NCBI RefSeq assembly: GCF_004010195.1
Contig: NC_057711.1
Span: forward strand, 81,955,549-82,019,548
Origin: Chiloscyllium plagiosum
Taxonomy: Eukaryota
Reading direction: 5' to 3'
DNA: 64,000 nt
Shown here: positions 14,503-25,870 of the stretch, piece after piece
Position numbering within the stretch: the first letter of the stretch is position 1
How the letters are laid out: every line of letters begins with the position of its first letter
Notes under the pieces: model-generated
Databases searched by the model: none
What the model was told of the DNA's origin: nothing
Seen by the model: the letters and a program-made list of their open reading frames with translations, nothing else
Position numbers and translations under genes: made by a program

Positions 14503-15072
14503 CAAAGGAACTTAGATTATCTGAATATCAATTATCCGAATGTCGGATTATTGGAATGGGATCTCAAGGTCCCAATAGAAACATTACGTCAAAGCGCTGT
14601 TTCAACCCTGATCGCATCTTTTGTTTACAGGTACAATGATTAAAAGTGAACTCGGCTCACTGAAATGCTGCCGAGCACAGTATTGGACAGTCCAGGTACC
14701 GTCTCTAAATGACTGACCTCCTGCCCTCTCTCTCTCTCCCCACACTTTCCCTGGAGTTCTAATAGTGGTGTCCCCTAAACCCCCCTTCCCCAGATAATCT
14801 CTCCAATATTGTCCTATACAGGGCAAAGGTGGAACATGTCAGACAGTTGCAGTAAAAAGTTGTGTGTGTGTGTGTGCTATTTGCTTACCCCACAAAGGCA
14901 GCAGCAGTCTTAATATTGGTGTCCAGTCCAGCTGCCCCAGTGGCTGGGGGGGTGGGCAGCAGACAGGGGCACGGGGGGGAAGGGGGGGTGGGAAACTGAG
15001 TTGGTGGAGCAGGGTGAATATGGGAAGGAGTTGTTTGGGGTTGGGTGAGGGAGGACTGGGATTAGGGGTGGG
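14503..15072 (+). mobile_element. Tc1/mariner(pogo/Tigger)-like MITE, left part, inserted at a TA in CR1
   Basis: Starts TA|CAAAGGAACTTAGATTATCTGAA, homologous to 57901-59135, and runs into the N gap. Confidence 0.7.
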
Positions 15073-15391
15073 NNNNNNNNNNNNNNNNNNNNNNNNNNNN
15101 NNNNNNNNNNNNNNNNNNNNNNNNNNNNNNNNNNNNNNNNNNNNNNNNNNNNNNNNNNNNNNNNNNNNNNNNNNNNNNNNNNNNNNNNNNNNNNNNNNNN
15201 NNNNNNNNNNNNNNNNNNNNNNNNNNNNNNNNNNNNNNNNNNNNNNNNNNNNNNNNNNNNNNNNNNNNNNNNNNNNNNNNNNNNNNNNNNNNNNNNNNNN
15301 NNNNNNNNNNNNNNNNNNNNNNNNNNNNNNNNNNNNNNNNNNNNNNNNNNNNNNNNNNNNNNNNNNNNNNNNNNNNNNNNNNNNNNNNNNN
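15073..15391. other. Assembly gap
   Basis: Run of N. Confidence 1.
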
Positions 15392-18267
15392 GGCCTCCAG
15401 TCTGAAAAACAAACACCCACCAAGACCCTCTGTCTTCTACCTTTGAGCCCCTCTGTATCCAAATAGCTAGTTCTCCCTTTATTCCATGAGATCAAACCTT
15501 GCTAAACAGTCTCCCATGGGGAACCTTGTCGAATGTCTTACTGAAGTCCATATAAATCACATCGACCACTCTGCCCTCATCAAACTTCTTTGTTACTTCT
15601 TCCAAAAATTCAATCAAGGCTGTGAGACATAATTTCCCACGCACAAAGCCATGTTGACTACCTGTAATCAGTCCTTGCCTTTCCAAATACATGCACATCC
15701 TGTCCCTCAGGATTCCCTTCAAGAACTTGCCCACCACCAACATCAGGCTCACTGGTCTATAGAACCCTGGCTTGTCCTTACCACCCTTCTTAAACAGTGG
15801 CACCATATTAGCCAACCCCCAGTCTTCCGGCACCTCACCTGAGACTATTGATAATACAAAGATCTCATCAAGGGGCTCAGCAATCACTTCCCGAGCTTCC
15901 CACAGAGTTCTAGGGTATACCTGATCAGGTCCTGGGGATTTATCCACTTTTATGTGTTTCAAGACATCCAGCACTTCCTTCTCTGTAATATGGTCATTTT
16001 GTAAGATGTTTCCTCATATTCTATATCTTCTATGTCCTTTTCCACAGTAAACACTGATGCAAAATATTCGTTTAGTATCTCCCCCATCTCCTGCGGCTCC
16101 ATACAAAGGCTGCCTTGCTGATCTTTGAGGGGCCCTATTCTCTCCCTAGTTACTCTTTTGTCCTTAATGTATTCATAGAAACCTTTTGGATTCTCCTTAA
16201 TTCTATTTGCCAAAGCTGTCTCATGTCCCCTTTTTGCCCTCCTGATTTCCCTCCTAAGAATAGTCCTTCCGCAATTATACTCACTTGATAGATTCATTTG
16301 ATCTATCTTGTCTATACCTTACATATATGTTTGCTTCTTTTTCTTAACCAAACCCTCAATTTCTTTAGTCATGCAGCATTCCCTATACCCACCAGCCTTT
16401 CCTTTCACTCCAACAGGAATATACTTTCTCTGGATTCTCGTTATCTCATTCCTGAAGGCTTCCCATTTTCCAGCCATCCCTTTACCTGCGAACATCTGCC
16501 CCCAATCAGCTTATGAAAGTTCTTGCCTAATACATCAAAATTAGCCTTCCTCCAATATAGAATTTCAACTTTTAGGTCTGGTCTATCTGCTGGCCCCAAA
16601 GTGCTCGACTGACACCTCAGTCACCTGCCCGACCTTATTTCCCAAAAGTAGGTCATGTTGTTGCACCTTCTCTAGTAGGTACATCCACATATTGAATCAG
16701 AAAATTTTCTTGTGCACACTTAACAAATTCCTCTCCATCTAAACTCTTAACACTATGGCAGTCTCAATCTACGTTTGGAAAGTTAAAATCCCCTACCATA
16801 ACCATCCTATTATTCTTACAGATAACTGAGATCTCCTGGCAAATTTGTTTCTCAATTTCCCTCTGACTATAAGGGGGTCTATAGTATAATCCCAATGAGG
16901 TGGTCATCCCTTTCTTATTTCAGTTCAACCCAAACAACTTCCCTGGATGTATTTCCAGGAATATCCTCCCTTAGTACAGCTGTAATGCTATTCCTTATCA
17001 AAAACACCTCTCCCCCTCTTCTCTTGCCTCCCTTTATGTCCTTCCTGTAGCACTTGCATCCTGGAACATTAATCCACCAGTCCTGTCCATCCCTGAGCCA
17101 CATGATATCCCATTTCCATATTTCTAACAATGCCCTGAGTTCATCTGCCTTCCCTGTTAGGCCTCTTGCCTTGAAATAAATGCAGTTTAATTTATCAGTC
17201 CTACCTTGTTCTCTGCTTTGTCCCTGCCTGCCCTGACTGTTTGACTCACTTCTTTTCTCAATAGTACCAGTGTCAGATTGATATCTTTCCTCACTATCTC
17301 CCTGGGTCCCACACCCCACCTTACTAGTGTAAATCATCCTGAGCTGCTCGAGCAAATTTCCCTGCCAGTATATTGGTCTCCCTCCAATTCAGGTGCAATC
17401 CGTTCCAATGATCCAAAATGTGAATCCTTCTCCCATATGCCAGCTCCTCAGCCATGCATTCATCTGTTCTATCCTCTTATTACCAACCTCACTAGCTCAT
17501 AGCACCAGAAGTAATCCAGATATTACTACTCTCGAGGACCTCCTTTTTAAATCCCTGCCTAACTCTCTGTAATCTCCCTTCAGAATTTCAACCTTTTCCC
17601 TTCCTATGTCGTTGGTTCCAATGTGGACAATGGCCTCCTGCTGGGCCCTCTCCCCCGTGAGAACATTCTGCACCCTCTGAGACATCCTTGATCCTGGCAC
17701 CAGGGAGGCAACACACCATTCCGATTTTTCGCTGCTGGCCACAGAAACATCTGCCTGTGCCTCGGACTAGAGTCCCCTAACACAATTGATCTCATGGAAC
17801 CCAACGTACCCCTCACTGCATTAGAGACAGTCTCGATACCAGAAATTTGGCTGTTCGTGCTACATTTCCCTCAGAATCCATCACCCCCTACATTTTCCAA
17901 AACAGCATACTTGTTTGAAATGGAGTTAGCCACAGAAGGCTCCTGCCCTACCTGCCTACCTCTCTCACCTTTCCTGGAGTTAACCCATTTATGTGACTGT
18001 AACTGCAACTTTTCTCCCTTCCTATAACTGCCATCCATCACATCCCCTTGCTCTTGTAATTTCCTCATTGCCTCTAACTGTCTCTCCAACCGATCCATTT
18101 GATCTGATAGGATAAGCAATCAATGGCATTTATTGCAGGTATAATCATCAGTAACACAAATGCTCTCTAAACTCCCACATTCAACAAGAGCATATCACTC
18201 TACTAAAGGCCATTTTTGATGGGTTCATGTCACATTACAGGTGATCACCACTGCACTGCACTGCACT

Positions 18268-18347
18268 ACACACACACAGATATTCCTACACACACACTCT
18301 CACATACACACGGACACAGATACACATAGACGCGCACACACACACAC
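18268..18347 (+). repeat. Imperfect (CA)n microsatellite
   Basis: Directly visible. Confidence 0.85.
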
Positions 18348-18729
18348 CCTCACTAATGAAAGAAACTGCCGTCCTTATCTGATCTGGACTACATGCGACT
18401 GCAGTAATGCGGTTGACTCTTAACTGTTCTCTGGGCAACTAAGGATGAGTAATAAATAATGGCCTAGACAGTGACACCCTTATCTAATGGATGAATAGAA
18501 AGTAAGGCAGAAAGGAGGGAGATTCAACCAACAGATACAAGAAAGAAATAGATATGTTTCTTTTTAAAAAAAGGGTTTTGTGATTTACACATTAAAGAAG
18601 TGAAACTATCACTGTATTCTAACAGATGAAAGGCTTAACAGACAATCAATTTTTCAATGTATAATTTCAGTTACATCACACTGCAAATTTTTGCTATAAA
18701 TTCTGTGTTACGATCGAGCCCTCCACAAT

Positions 18730-18764
18730 CACCTGATGAAGGAGCGTCCCTCTGAAAGCTAGTG
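18730..18764 (+). ncRNA. Minimal hammerhead ribozyme motif in a Penelope-derived repeat (about 18580-18822)
   Basis: cac-CTGATGA-a-GGAG-cgtcc-CTCT-GAAA-GCTA-gtg. Stem I is cac/gtg; palindromic AGCT replaces helix III. Confidence 0.6.
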
Positions 18765-20620
18765 TGCTTCCAATTAAAGCTGTTGGACTATAACCTGGTG
18801 TTGTGTGATTTTTAACTTTGTCCTCCAAGATTAGTTGTGAATTTCACTGTTTGTTAATTTTCCCAGATGCACTCTGATGTCCAGCGATACATGAATTCAA
18901 ACAGCAATGGCAGTAACTGCACAGGTTCACTGCTGTGTCAGTTAGCAGTGTGGGTTTGTTTCTCTCTTGCTCGCGCGCTCTCTCTCTCTCCTGCACTGAC
19001 CTCACCATGTGCTGCCTTTGTCTGTTCCTCTTCCTTTTAAAAGTGATGTTGTTTTGATTTTTTTTCTCCAAACTTCAAAAACAATGCAAACAGCATATAA
19101 AACAGTAATTGCTGCCCCTGGAATTAGAGGAAATCACCTCCAATACCTAAAATACCTCAAAAAAAGGAGCAGCTTATTACAGCCAGAAATGTTTCCTGTC
19201 CTCCATCTTGGATTACCCAGAATCCCCCAAGCAAAGCCCTATACACACCATGACAGTCACCTAGCCACCACTCATTCCACCATATTCAATAGAATATGGG
19301 AGGTTCATTGCTGAGATTTCTTCCTGTTGATGCAATCATGTGCATGGACGCTGAAACAAAGATTCTGGAAATGGATACCATTTCTCTGCACCACTTCGCT
19401 GCCCACAATTATGTTTTCTTCTACAGTCTCCTGACATTGCCCTTCCCTGAATGGTCTGCCCTCCTCCCTCTATCTAGCACAATTTCTAAACCTGATGCAA
19501 GGTAAATCTAAGAGTAGAGACGAGATAGAATGGCATTAATATGTGAAATAAAAAGCAGACAGTAACAGGAAGTACAAATTTAAGAATATAAAGATAATAG
19601 CAGAGACAAAACTAAAGGTTCTGTATCTGAATGCACATCGCATTCAAAACACAAATGAAGTGGTTGCACAAATGGAAGTAAGTATAATCTGATAGCCATG
19701 AAAGAGACATGCAGCAAATGATTAGATTGGGACATGAATATTGAAGAATAATCACTTTTTAGGAAGAACCCCCAAAACTACATCCCTGAGCCTTTAGCTC
19801 CCATGTCCTTGCACCTTCCTTTTGTTTTCCTTCCTTTGTCAGTAATCCCTGTCCCATTCCTCTTAAATCGTCATCTCTCTTTTTCTCTCATGCCTTTGGT
19901 CAGCCATACCCTCTTCCTGTTAGACTGCCACCTCCCTCTCCCAGTTGGTTAGCCATGCCCCATTGCTTTTTGCCTGCCTCAAACTGATCTCAATAATTGT
20001 GCGCTGTTGAATGTTGCTCCCCACAGAGTTAAAAGCAGCTGCTGTTTACTCAAACAATTAGACTGCCTTCCTGCTGCATGCCACTTGTATGCAGTCGTAA
20101 ATCTGAAGGCATGTGTATCTCATTCACAGATAACTCAATTGAAATAAAACATTATTAATTCTAGCAAGATTGCCATTTAATAAGCATAGATGACACAGCA
20201 CTGCAATTTGCAGTCAAAATTCTGAGAACATTTAATCCCCTAATTTTTTTCCGAATGCGGGTGATGATTTTTGTGCTTCCATAAAATCAAGATGCCAAGC
20301 TTCCTGCTCACAGGATTGTGCCTACCAATTATGCTTCTCAGATGAAACCTGATATGCTGAGCTTTTCCAGGATTTTTTTGTTTTTAAATGGTTCATGACG
20401 TATTCTGAGCTCCTTGATTAAATAACAGGTTATGGCTTTGAGATCGGTTATTCTATCACAGTTTAAACATTAATCATGATATAAACCACAATTACATATC
20501 AAAGCCAATTTTGATGCACCTCATCTGTATCAAATGCAGCACAATCTTAAACTCATATTCAGACACATTCTTTTTGCATTTAAATGCTCATCAAATGCAC
20601 GGTGAACATAAGCAAATTTA

Positions 20621-20731
<111 letters not shown>

Positions 20732-21239
20732 TTAGAATACTTTCAATGCACTGCAACCTAGAAATAGGCTAGTCAATTCTTAATACTTCTATAGCGCATT
20801 TTTCTCCACCCTGTTTTAAGATGTCTTAATCAGTTGAGCTTAGATGGTTTATACAGTTTATTTATATTATACCATCCTAATCAAATAGTCATTCCATGGA
20901 GACAGAATGTGTGTGTGTTCCCATTATATGACTTTCCAATTGGCCTAACATGCAGTCCCATCTCCAACTCTGTGGCTAATTGTAAAGATGTGCACAGATC
21001 CAATGTGAAACGAAATCAAATTTTGCGGCCAATCATATGGTAAGAACCATCAGCAAGGAATTATGAAAAGGTTGAAGAGATTTGGGATTTGAGTCTACTT
21101 TTTGATGAATCAAAATCACTATAAGATCAAATGAATAAGAAGTTTGCATATGCCTTTGAAAATAAGAGGCTAAATGGGATAGAGTAACAAGTCATTAAAA
21201 GTAGTGATGTGAGTTTTCAAGGTCATAAAAATCTGCACA

Positions 21240-21780
21240 AAGCAGTTCTGTTTTAGAGCTAAAATTGAAAAGGAGACTTCTGTTAAGCTTATGTAGAATC
21301 TTGGTTAGATCACACTTATACATATTGTACACTGTTCAACTCTTAATACCTCAAAATGGATAGAGGTACTGGAGAAGGTGTAAAAATAATTTACAGGATA
21401 ATACAGGAAGATCTCAACAGGCTGGAGCTGGACTGATGGATTATCTAAGAGGCGTCTTGAAACTACAAAGGGTTTTAATAGGGTAGACATAGAAAATATT
21501 TCCTCTTGTAGGCGAGTTCAACACTTGACATCATAAATATAACATAGTCACCACTAAATCCAAAGACAGTGGAAGAAATTTTGGCTTGAATGTGAAACTT
21601 ACTATTACGCGGTGTAGTAGGAGAGGATAGTAAAGATCCCTTTAAGGGGATGTAGAATAATAACTTGGGTGGAAAAGAAACAGAACCACATGAACACAGG
21701 GCGAGATCAAGTCAGATGTGAAGAGGATTGTGTGTGCATAAGCAGATCAATTAGGTTGATTCGACAGTTCTATATTGCAC
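21240..21780 (+). mobile_element. Old CR1 3' fragment
   Basis: Degenerate KMDRGTGEG(V)/LET...KGFNRVD motifs. Confidence 0.55.
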
Positions 21781-22070
21781 ATTCAATGTAATTTTGTATG
21801 AAGTAAATGGCAAAGTATTATCAATGCATTCCAACCATAGGAATAACCATACAGTTTATTTTCCCTCTGATGTTCGACTTTCTTCTCCCATCAACTCTGA
21901 CCTGATTCATAAGTACATGCCCCTTTGATCCCATTTTCTTCTCACTTGTTTAAAGTCTTTAATTTTCAATTCGTGATTCATTTGCCTATGTTGCTCAAAC
22001 ACTTGTGACATTTCTATCACATCTAATTTCAAATATCTAATTTTTTTGTGGTGCGAACGTAAACATTTGT

Positions 22071-22380
22071 GGGCAGCACGGTGGCACAGTGGTTAGCACT
22101 GCTGCCTCACAGCGCCAGAGACCCGGGTTCAATTCCCGTCTCAGGCGACTCTGTGTGGAGTTTGCACATTCTCCCCGTGTCTGCGTGGGTTTCCTCCGGG
22201 TGCTCCGGTTTCCTCCCACAATCCAAAAATGTGCAGGTTAGGTGAATTGGCCATGCTAAATTGCCTGTAGTGTTAGGTGAAGGGGTAAAGGATGGGTCTA
22301 GGTGGGTTATGCTTCGGCGGGTCGGTGTGGACTTGTTGGGCCGAAGGGACTGTTTGCACACTGTAAGTAATCTAATCTAA
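22071..22380 (+). mobile_element. tRNA-derived V-SINE (HE1-like), young
   Basis: A box TGGCACAGTGG, B box GGTTCAATTCC, V-domain GTGTGGAGTTTGCACATTCTCCCCGTG and (TAATC)n tail. Confidence 0.92.
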
Positions 22381-22462
22381 TTTCTTACTGAGTTTTGAGA
22401 AGATTTGTAGCTCAGGTTGAGATTTTGGATGTAGGTTTGCTCGCTGATCTGAAAGGTTCATT

Positions 22463-22504
22463 TCCAGACGTTTCATTACCTTACTAGGTAACATCTTCAG
22501 TGGA
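22463..22504 (-). ncRNA. Hammerhead ribozyme motif (Penelope arm), same strand as FRMD3
   Basis: Reverse strand tcca-CTGAAGA-t-GTTACCT-agta-AGGTAAT-GAAA-CGTC-tgga, with stems I and II intact. Confidence 0.7.
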
Positions 22505-23536
22505 CCTTATGCAAAGCAATGCTGAAACTTCCTGCTTTCTATTTATATGTTTGGGTTTCTTTGGGTTGGTGATGTTATTTCCTGTGGTGAAGTCACTTCC
22601 TGTTCCTTTTCTTAGGGGGTGGTAGATGGGTTCTAACTCGATGTGTTGGTTGATAGAGCTTTGGTTAGAATGTCATTCTTCTAGGAATTCTAAGAATGCC
22701 ATACTTCTAGCCAATGGGGACATTCAAACCAGCGTCTACAGAAAAACATACAGACCAAATATTGAACTACAGAAGCAATCATCCCAACACCCACAAACGA
22801 AGCTGCATCAGAACATTATTTCAATGAGCCAACACACACTGCAGCACAAAGGAACTACACAGAGCAGAGGAAAATCACCTACACTGTGTGTTCAAAAAGA
22901 ATGGATACCCAATGAACACAGTCCGCCGATTTCTCAGCAACAAACCCAAACAAGCAGACAAAACACGTCCAGAAACCCTAGCCACTCTCCCCTACATCAA
23001 AGACATCTCGGAAATGACTACTCAGACCCCTTGGCATCATGGTAGCCCACAAACCCACCAACACACTAAAACAGCAGCTAATGAACTTGAAAGACCCTGT
23101 ACAGACAATGAGCAAAACTAACGTCATTTACAAAATACCGTGCAAGGACTGTAACAAACAATACATTGGACAAACAGGCAGAAAACTAGCCACCAGGATA
23201 CATGGACACCAACTAGCCACAAAAAGACATGATCCTCTCTCACTAGTATCCTCACATACAGATGAGGAAGGACACCACTTCGACTGGGACAATACATCCA
23301 TCCTAGTACAAGCCAAACAAAGACATGCACGAGGATTCCTAGAAGCATGGCATTCCAAACAGAATTCTATCAACAAACACATCGAGTTAGACCCGATCCA
23401 CCACCCCCTGTGAAAAGGAAGAGAGAGTGACTTCACCACAGGAAATAACATCACCACAGGAAATGACATCACCAACTCAAAGAAACCCAAACATATATAT
23501 AGAAAGCAGGAAGTTTCAGCACTGCTTCGCATGAGG

Positions 23537-23578
23537 TCCACTGAAGATGATACCTAGTAAGGTAATGAAACGTCTGGA
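23537..23578 (+). ncRNA. Hammerhead ribozyme motif (Penelope arm)
   Basis: tcca-CTGAAGA-t-GATACCT-agta-AGGTAAT-GAAA-CGTC-tgga; predicted cleavage after GTC at 23574. Confidence 0.7.
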
Positions 23579-24074
23579 AATGAACCTTTCAGATCAGCGA
23601 GCAAACGTACATCCACAAACATTTCTGTATATTCAACAGAAATGGAAGAGCTCATTAGCATAGAATGGAAATGTCATGACTGCTGTCAAGATAGTGAGTA
23701 CTCACCGCAAAGATCTGGTATGTACACTTTCATAACAGCTGGATGTTAATAGAAGGATAGCCTTAGGGTTAAGGAGTATTTGCTCATTGACATGTGTTGC
23801 CAGCAAAGACATGTGTGCAGTTGATAGTAACTTGTAGTACTCGAAAGCTTAAATCTACAAGCTCTCTCTTTGTTCAGTGAGAGTGAAAAGACGATAAAGT
23901 CCTTCCATACAGTGTCTCTGAAACTCCCTGATCCAGTGTTGGGAAATGAACTCAGTTGTTGTTCATGTCACCTGTTCCCACCTGGAAGGGTCCACAGGAA
24001 TAGAAGTTTTGGGTCACAGTGACCCGAGGACCAGTGATCGCACTGGCCTTGTCATGTTGTGAAAGAGGCAGAAT

Positions 24075-24302
24075 GTCAGGCAGAAGATACAGAAGCTTGA
24101 AAACACGCACCAACAGGTTCAAGAGCAGCTTCTTTCCCACTGTTAGGATATGAATGGGCCTCCGTACTTTCAATCTAATGTTGATCTTGCTTTGTGCACC
24201 TCCTGTGCAGCTATTACCTTCTTTGCCTCACTCTGTCTAAGCACTGCACTGCCTGATCTGCCCGTACTGCTCATAAAACAAAACTTTTCACTGAACCTAG
24301 GT
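24075..24302 (+). mobile_element. Rex1/Babar-like LINE 3' end
   Basis: SGRRYRSLKTRTNRFKSSFFPTVR motif, similar to 34200-34585. Confidence 0.65.
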
Positions 24303-25704
24303 AGAAGTAGGAGAAGTGCCTCTCAAAGACTTTTAGCAGACAGTCTCCAATTGCGAGCACCCTCCTCCTTTTCCCTGTCCACAAAACTTTCCCCTCTGCT
24401 TTTTGAGTTCATTTCCAATTCATGCTGTTGTCTGAAATAATCTGCAATTACAGTTCCAATTATTGACTTTTTCTTGACAGATCAATTAATCCATTGACCA
24501 CTTTGTTAAAATTCAGCACCACTCCCTTGAAATTCCTAGTACGTTTACTACTCCCACCCATAATGGTGAATACAGTATTTCTGCTTAGGTAATTTTGCTG
24601 TCGACCCAAAGGACCATAGGGCTGTTCTCTCTTTAAACAAAGATGGCAGGTGGTGAGTTTAACCTCAGGATAACCATGCTCAAGTGAGATGCAAGATTTA
24701 GAAGGCAGGACAGAGCACTGCTCATGTCACTGTCACAAATCAGCCATGTAGCCAACTTAGCAAATGCATCCTTAAAGGTTAACTCTTTAAATAATGCCAG
24801 AAGGTAGTCAGTTGTGATACTGAAAGCACTTTCAGCTGGGACAGTTTTCAGAGAGAGTGTTAAATGGACATGGGCAATCCAAGACAATAAATTGTGCACC
24901 AAATTAGCACTGGAGGCTGTTTGACATCATGGTCTACTCATTCTACAAGCTTTCAGCACTCACAGAAAACAAACCTATGCAAGAGATTTGTAAATCAGGA
25001 TAGTTGTGTGGATTGACTTCCATCTCCTGAAATCGGGACTTCTGAAGCATCAACACCAGAAAATGATAAAGGACCAAATTTCATAGCAATCTATTTAAAG
25101 ACAAGAATCCAACCACTTGCAACTGAGAAGAGGAGGAATTTCTTTATTCAGATGTGTGTGGATCTTTGACACATTGAATCATTCAGTACTTGTATCAAAG
25201 TTTTCCAGACCAGTATGTGAAGGAACTGACTATTTCAGATTGAAATATTGGACAATAAAATAGGGTAATTTATGGACATTTTCTAATCAACCTGATAAGA
25301 GAAGTAATTACATGCGCTGGATAGATGGGACTTGAACCCAGACCCCTTAGCTTAAAATATAGGCACACAACCATTGCACCACAAAAATACTAAGGAATAA
25401 TTTATAATCTTGCAGTGAACAGGCCTCCAGGGTAGAGTGATCATAATTTGGAGTATACCTTATGCATCATGCTCTGTAAACTCTGTAAAACTGAACAGAG
25501 GGCTTGTCAGTCTAATATAGCATTGGGACACAGACAGATGTCACATCTATTGTTTAAAAAGTTGAGATATCTTGAGAATGTAAATTAAAAGAAGCTCTGG
25601 GATTTACATATCAAAGAACAGAGACCAGCATATTCTATTATAAAAGATGAAAGTTTTAATCTATGATTGTTTGCTGTATCACATCTCCACGACCCTGGAC
25701 TCCG

Positions 25705-25870
25705 TTGGCCATAAATTCTGTGAGTATGATATTAACCTCCACAACTACCTGATAAAGGAGCAGCACTCCAAAAGCTAATGCTTCCAAAATAAACCTGTTG
25801 GACTATAAGCTAGTGTTGTGTGATTTTTAACTTTGTCCACCCTGGATCAACACCGGCACCTACAAGTCAT
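25705..25870 (+). mobile_element. Penelope-derived repeat with degenerate hammerhead core
   Basis: Same family as 18690-18822 (ctgataaaggagcagcactccaaaagcta...aaacctgttggactata). Confidence 0.65.

Larger units (their letters stand above)
13586..19228 (-). mobile_element. Near full-length CR1 LINE (HER1-like), decayed and interrupted by a MITE, a gap and other repeats
   Basis: 3' tail (agtcatag)n at 13586. RT motifs KFADDTK, QHGFVRGK, YMDFSKTFDKVPHGRL and KSPGPD. APE endonuclease region at about 16600-17190. ORF1 with SGNH-type VHIGTNDIG at about 17500-17800. Probable 5' UTR at 18842-19228. Confidence 0.9.
22423..23617 (+). mobile_element. Penelope-like element: 3' RT/GIY-YIG portion with inverted terminal copy
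   Basis: KNGYPMNTV...TLPYIKDISE and NVIYKIPCKDCNKQYIGQTGRKLATRIHGH...FLEAWHS. 22423-22690 is an inverted copy of about 23335-23617. Confidence 0.92.

Noticed and set aside
14839..15495. ORFs of 116-218 aa
   Set aside because: They run through the N gap.
22071..22145. tRNA-like sequences (also at 55574, 50680, 35180, 32820 and 3460)
   Set aside because: These are SINE heads followed by a V-domain and tail, not tRNA genes.
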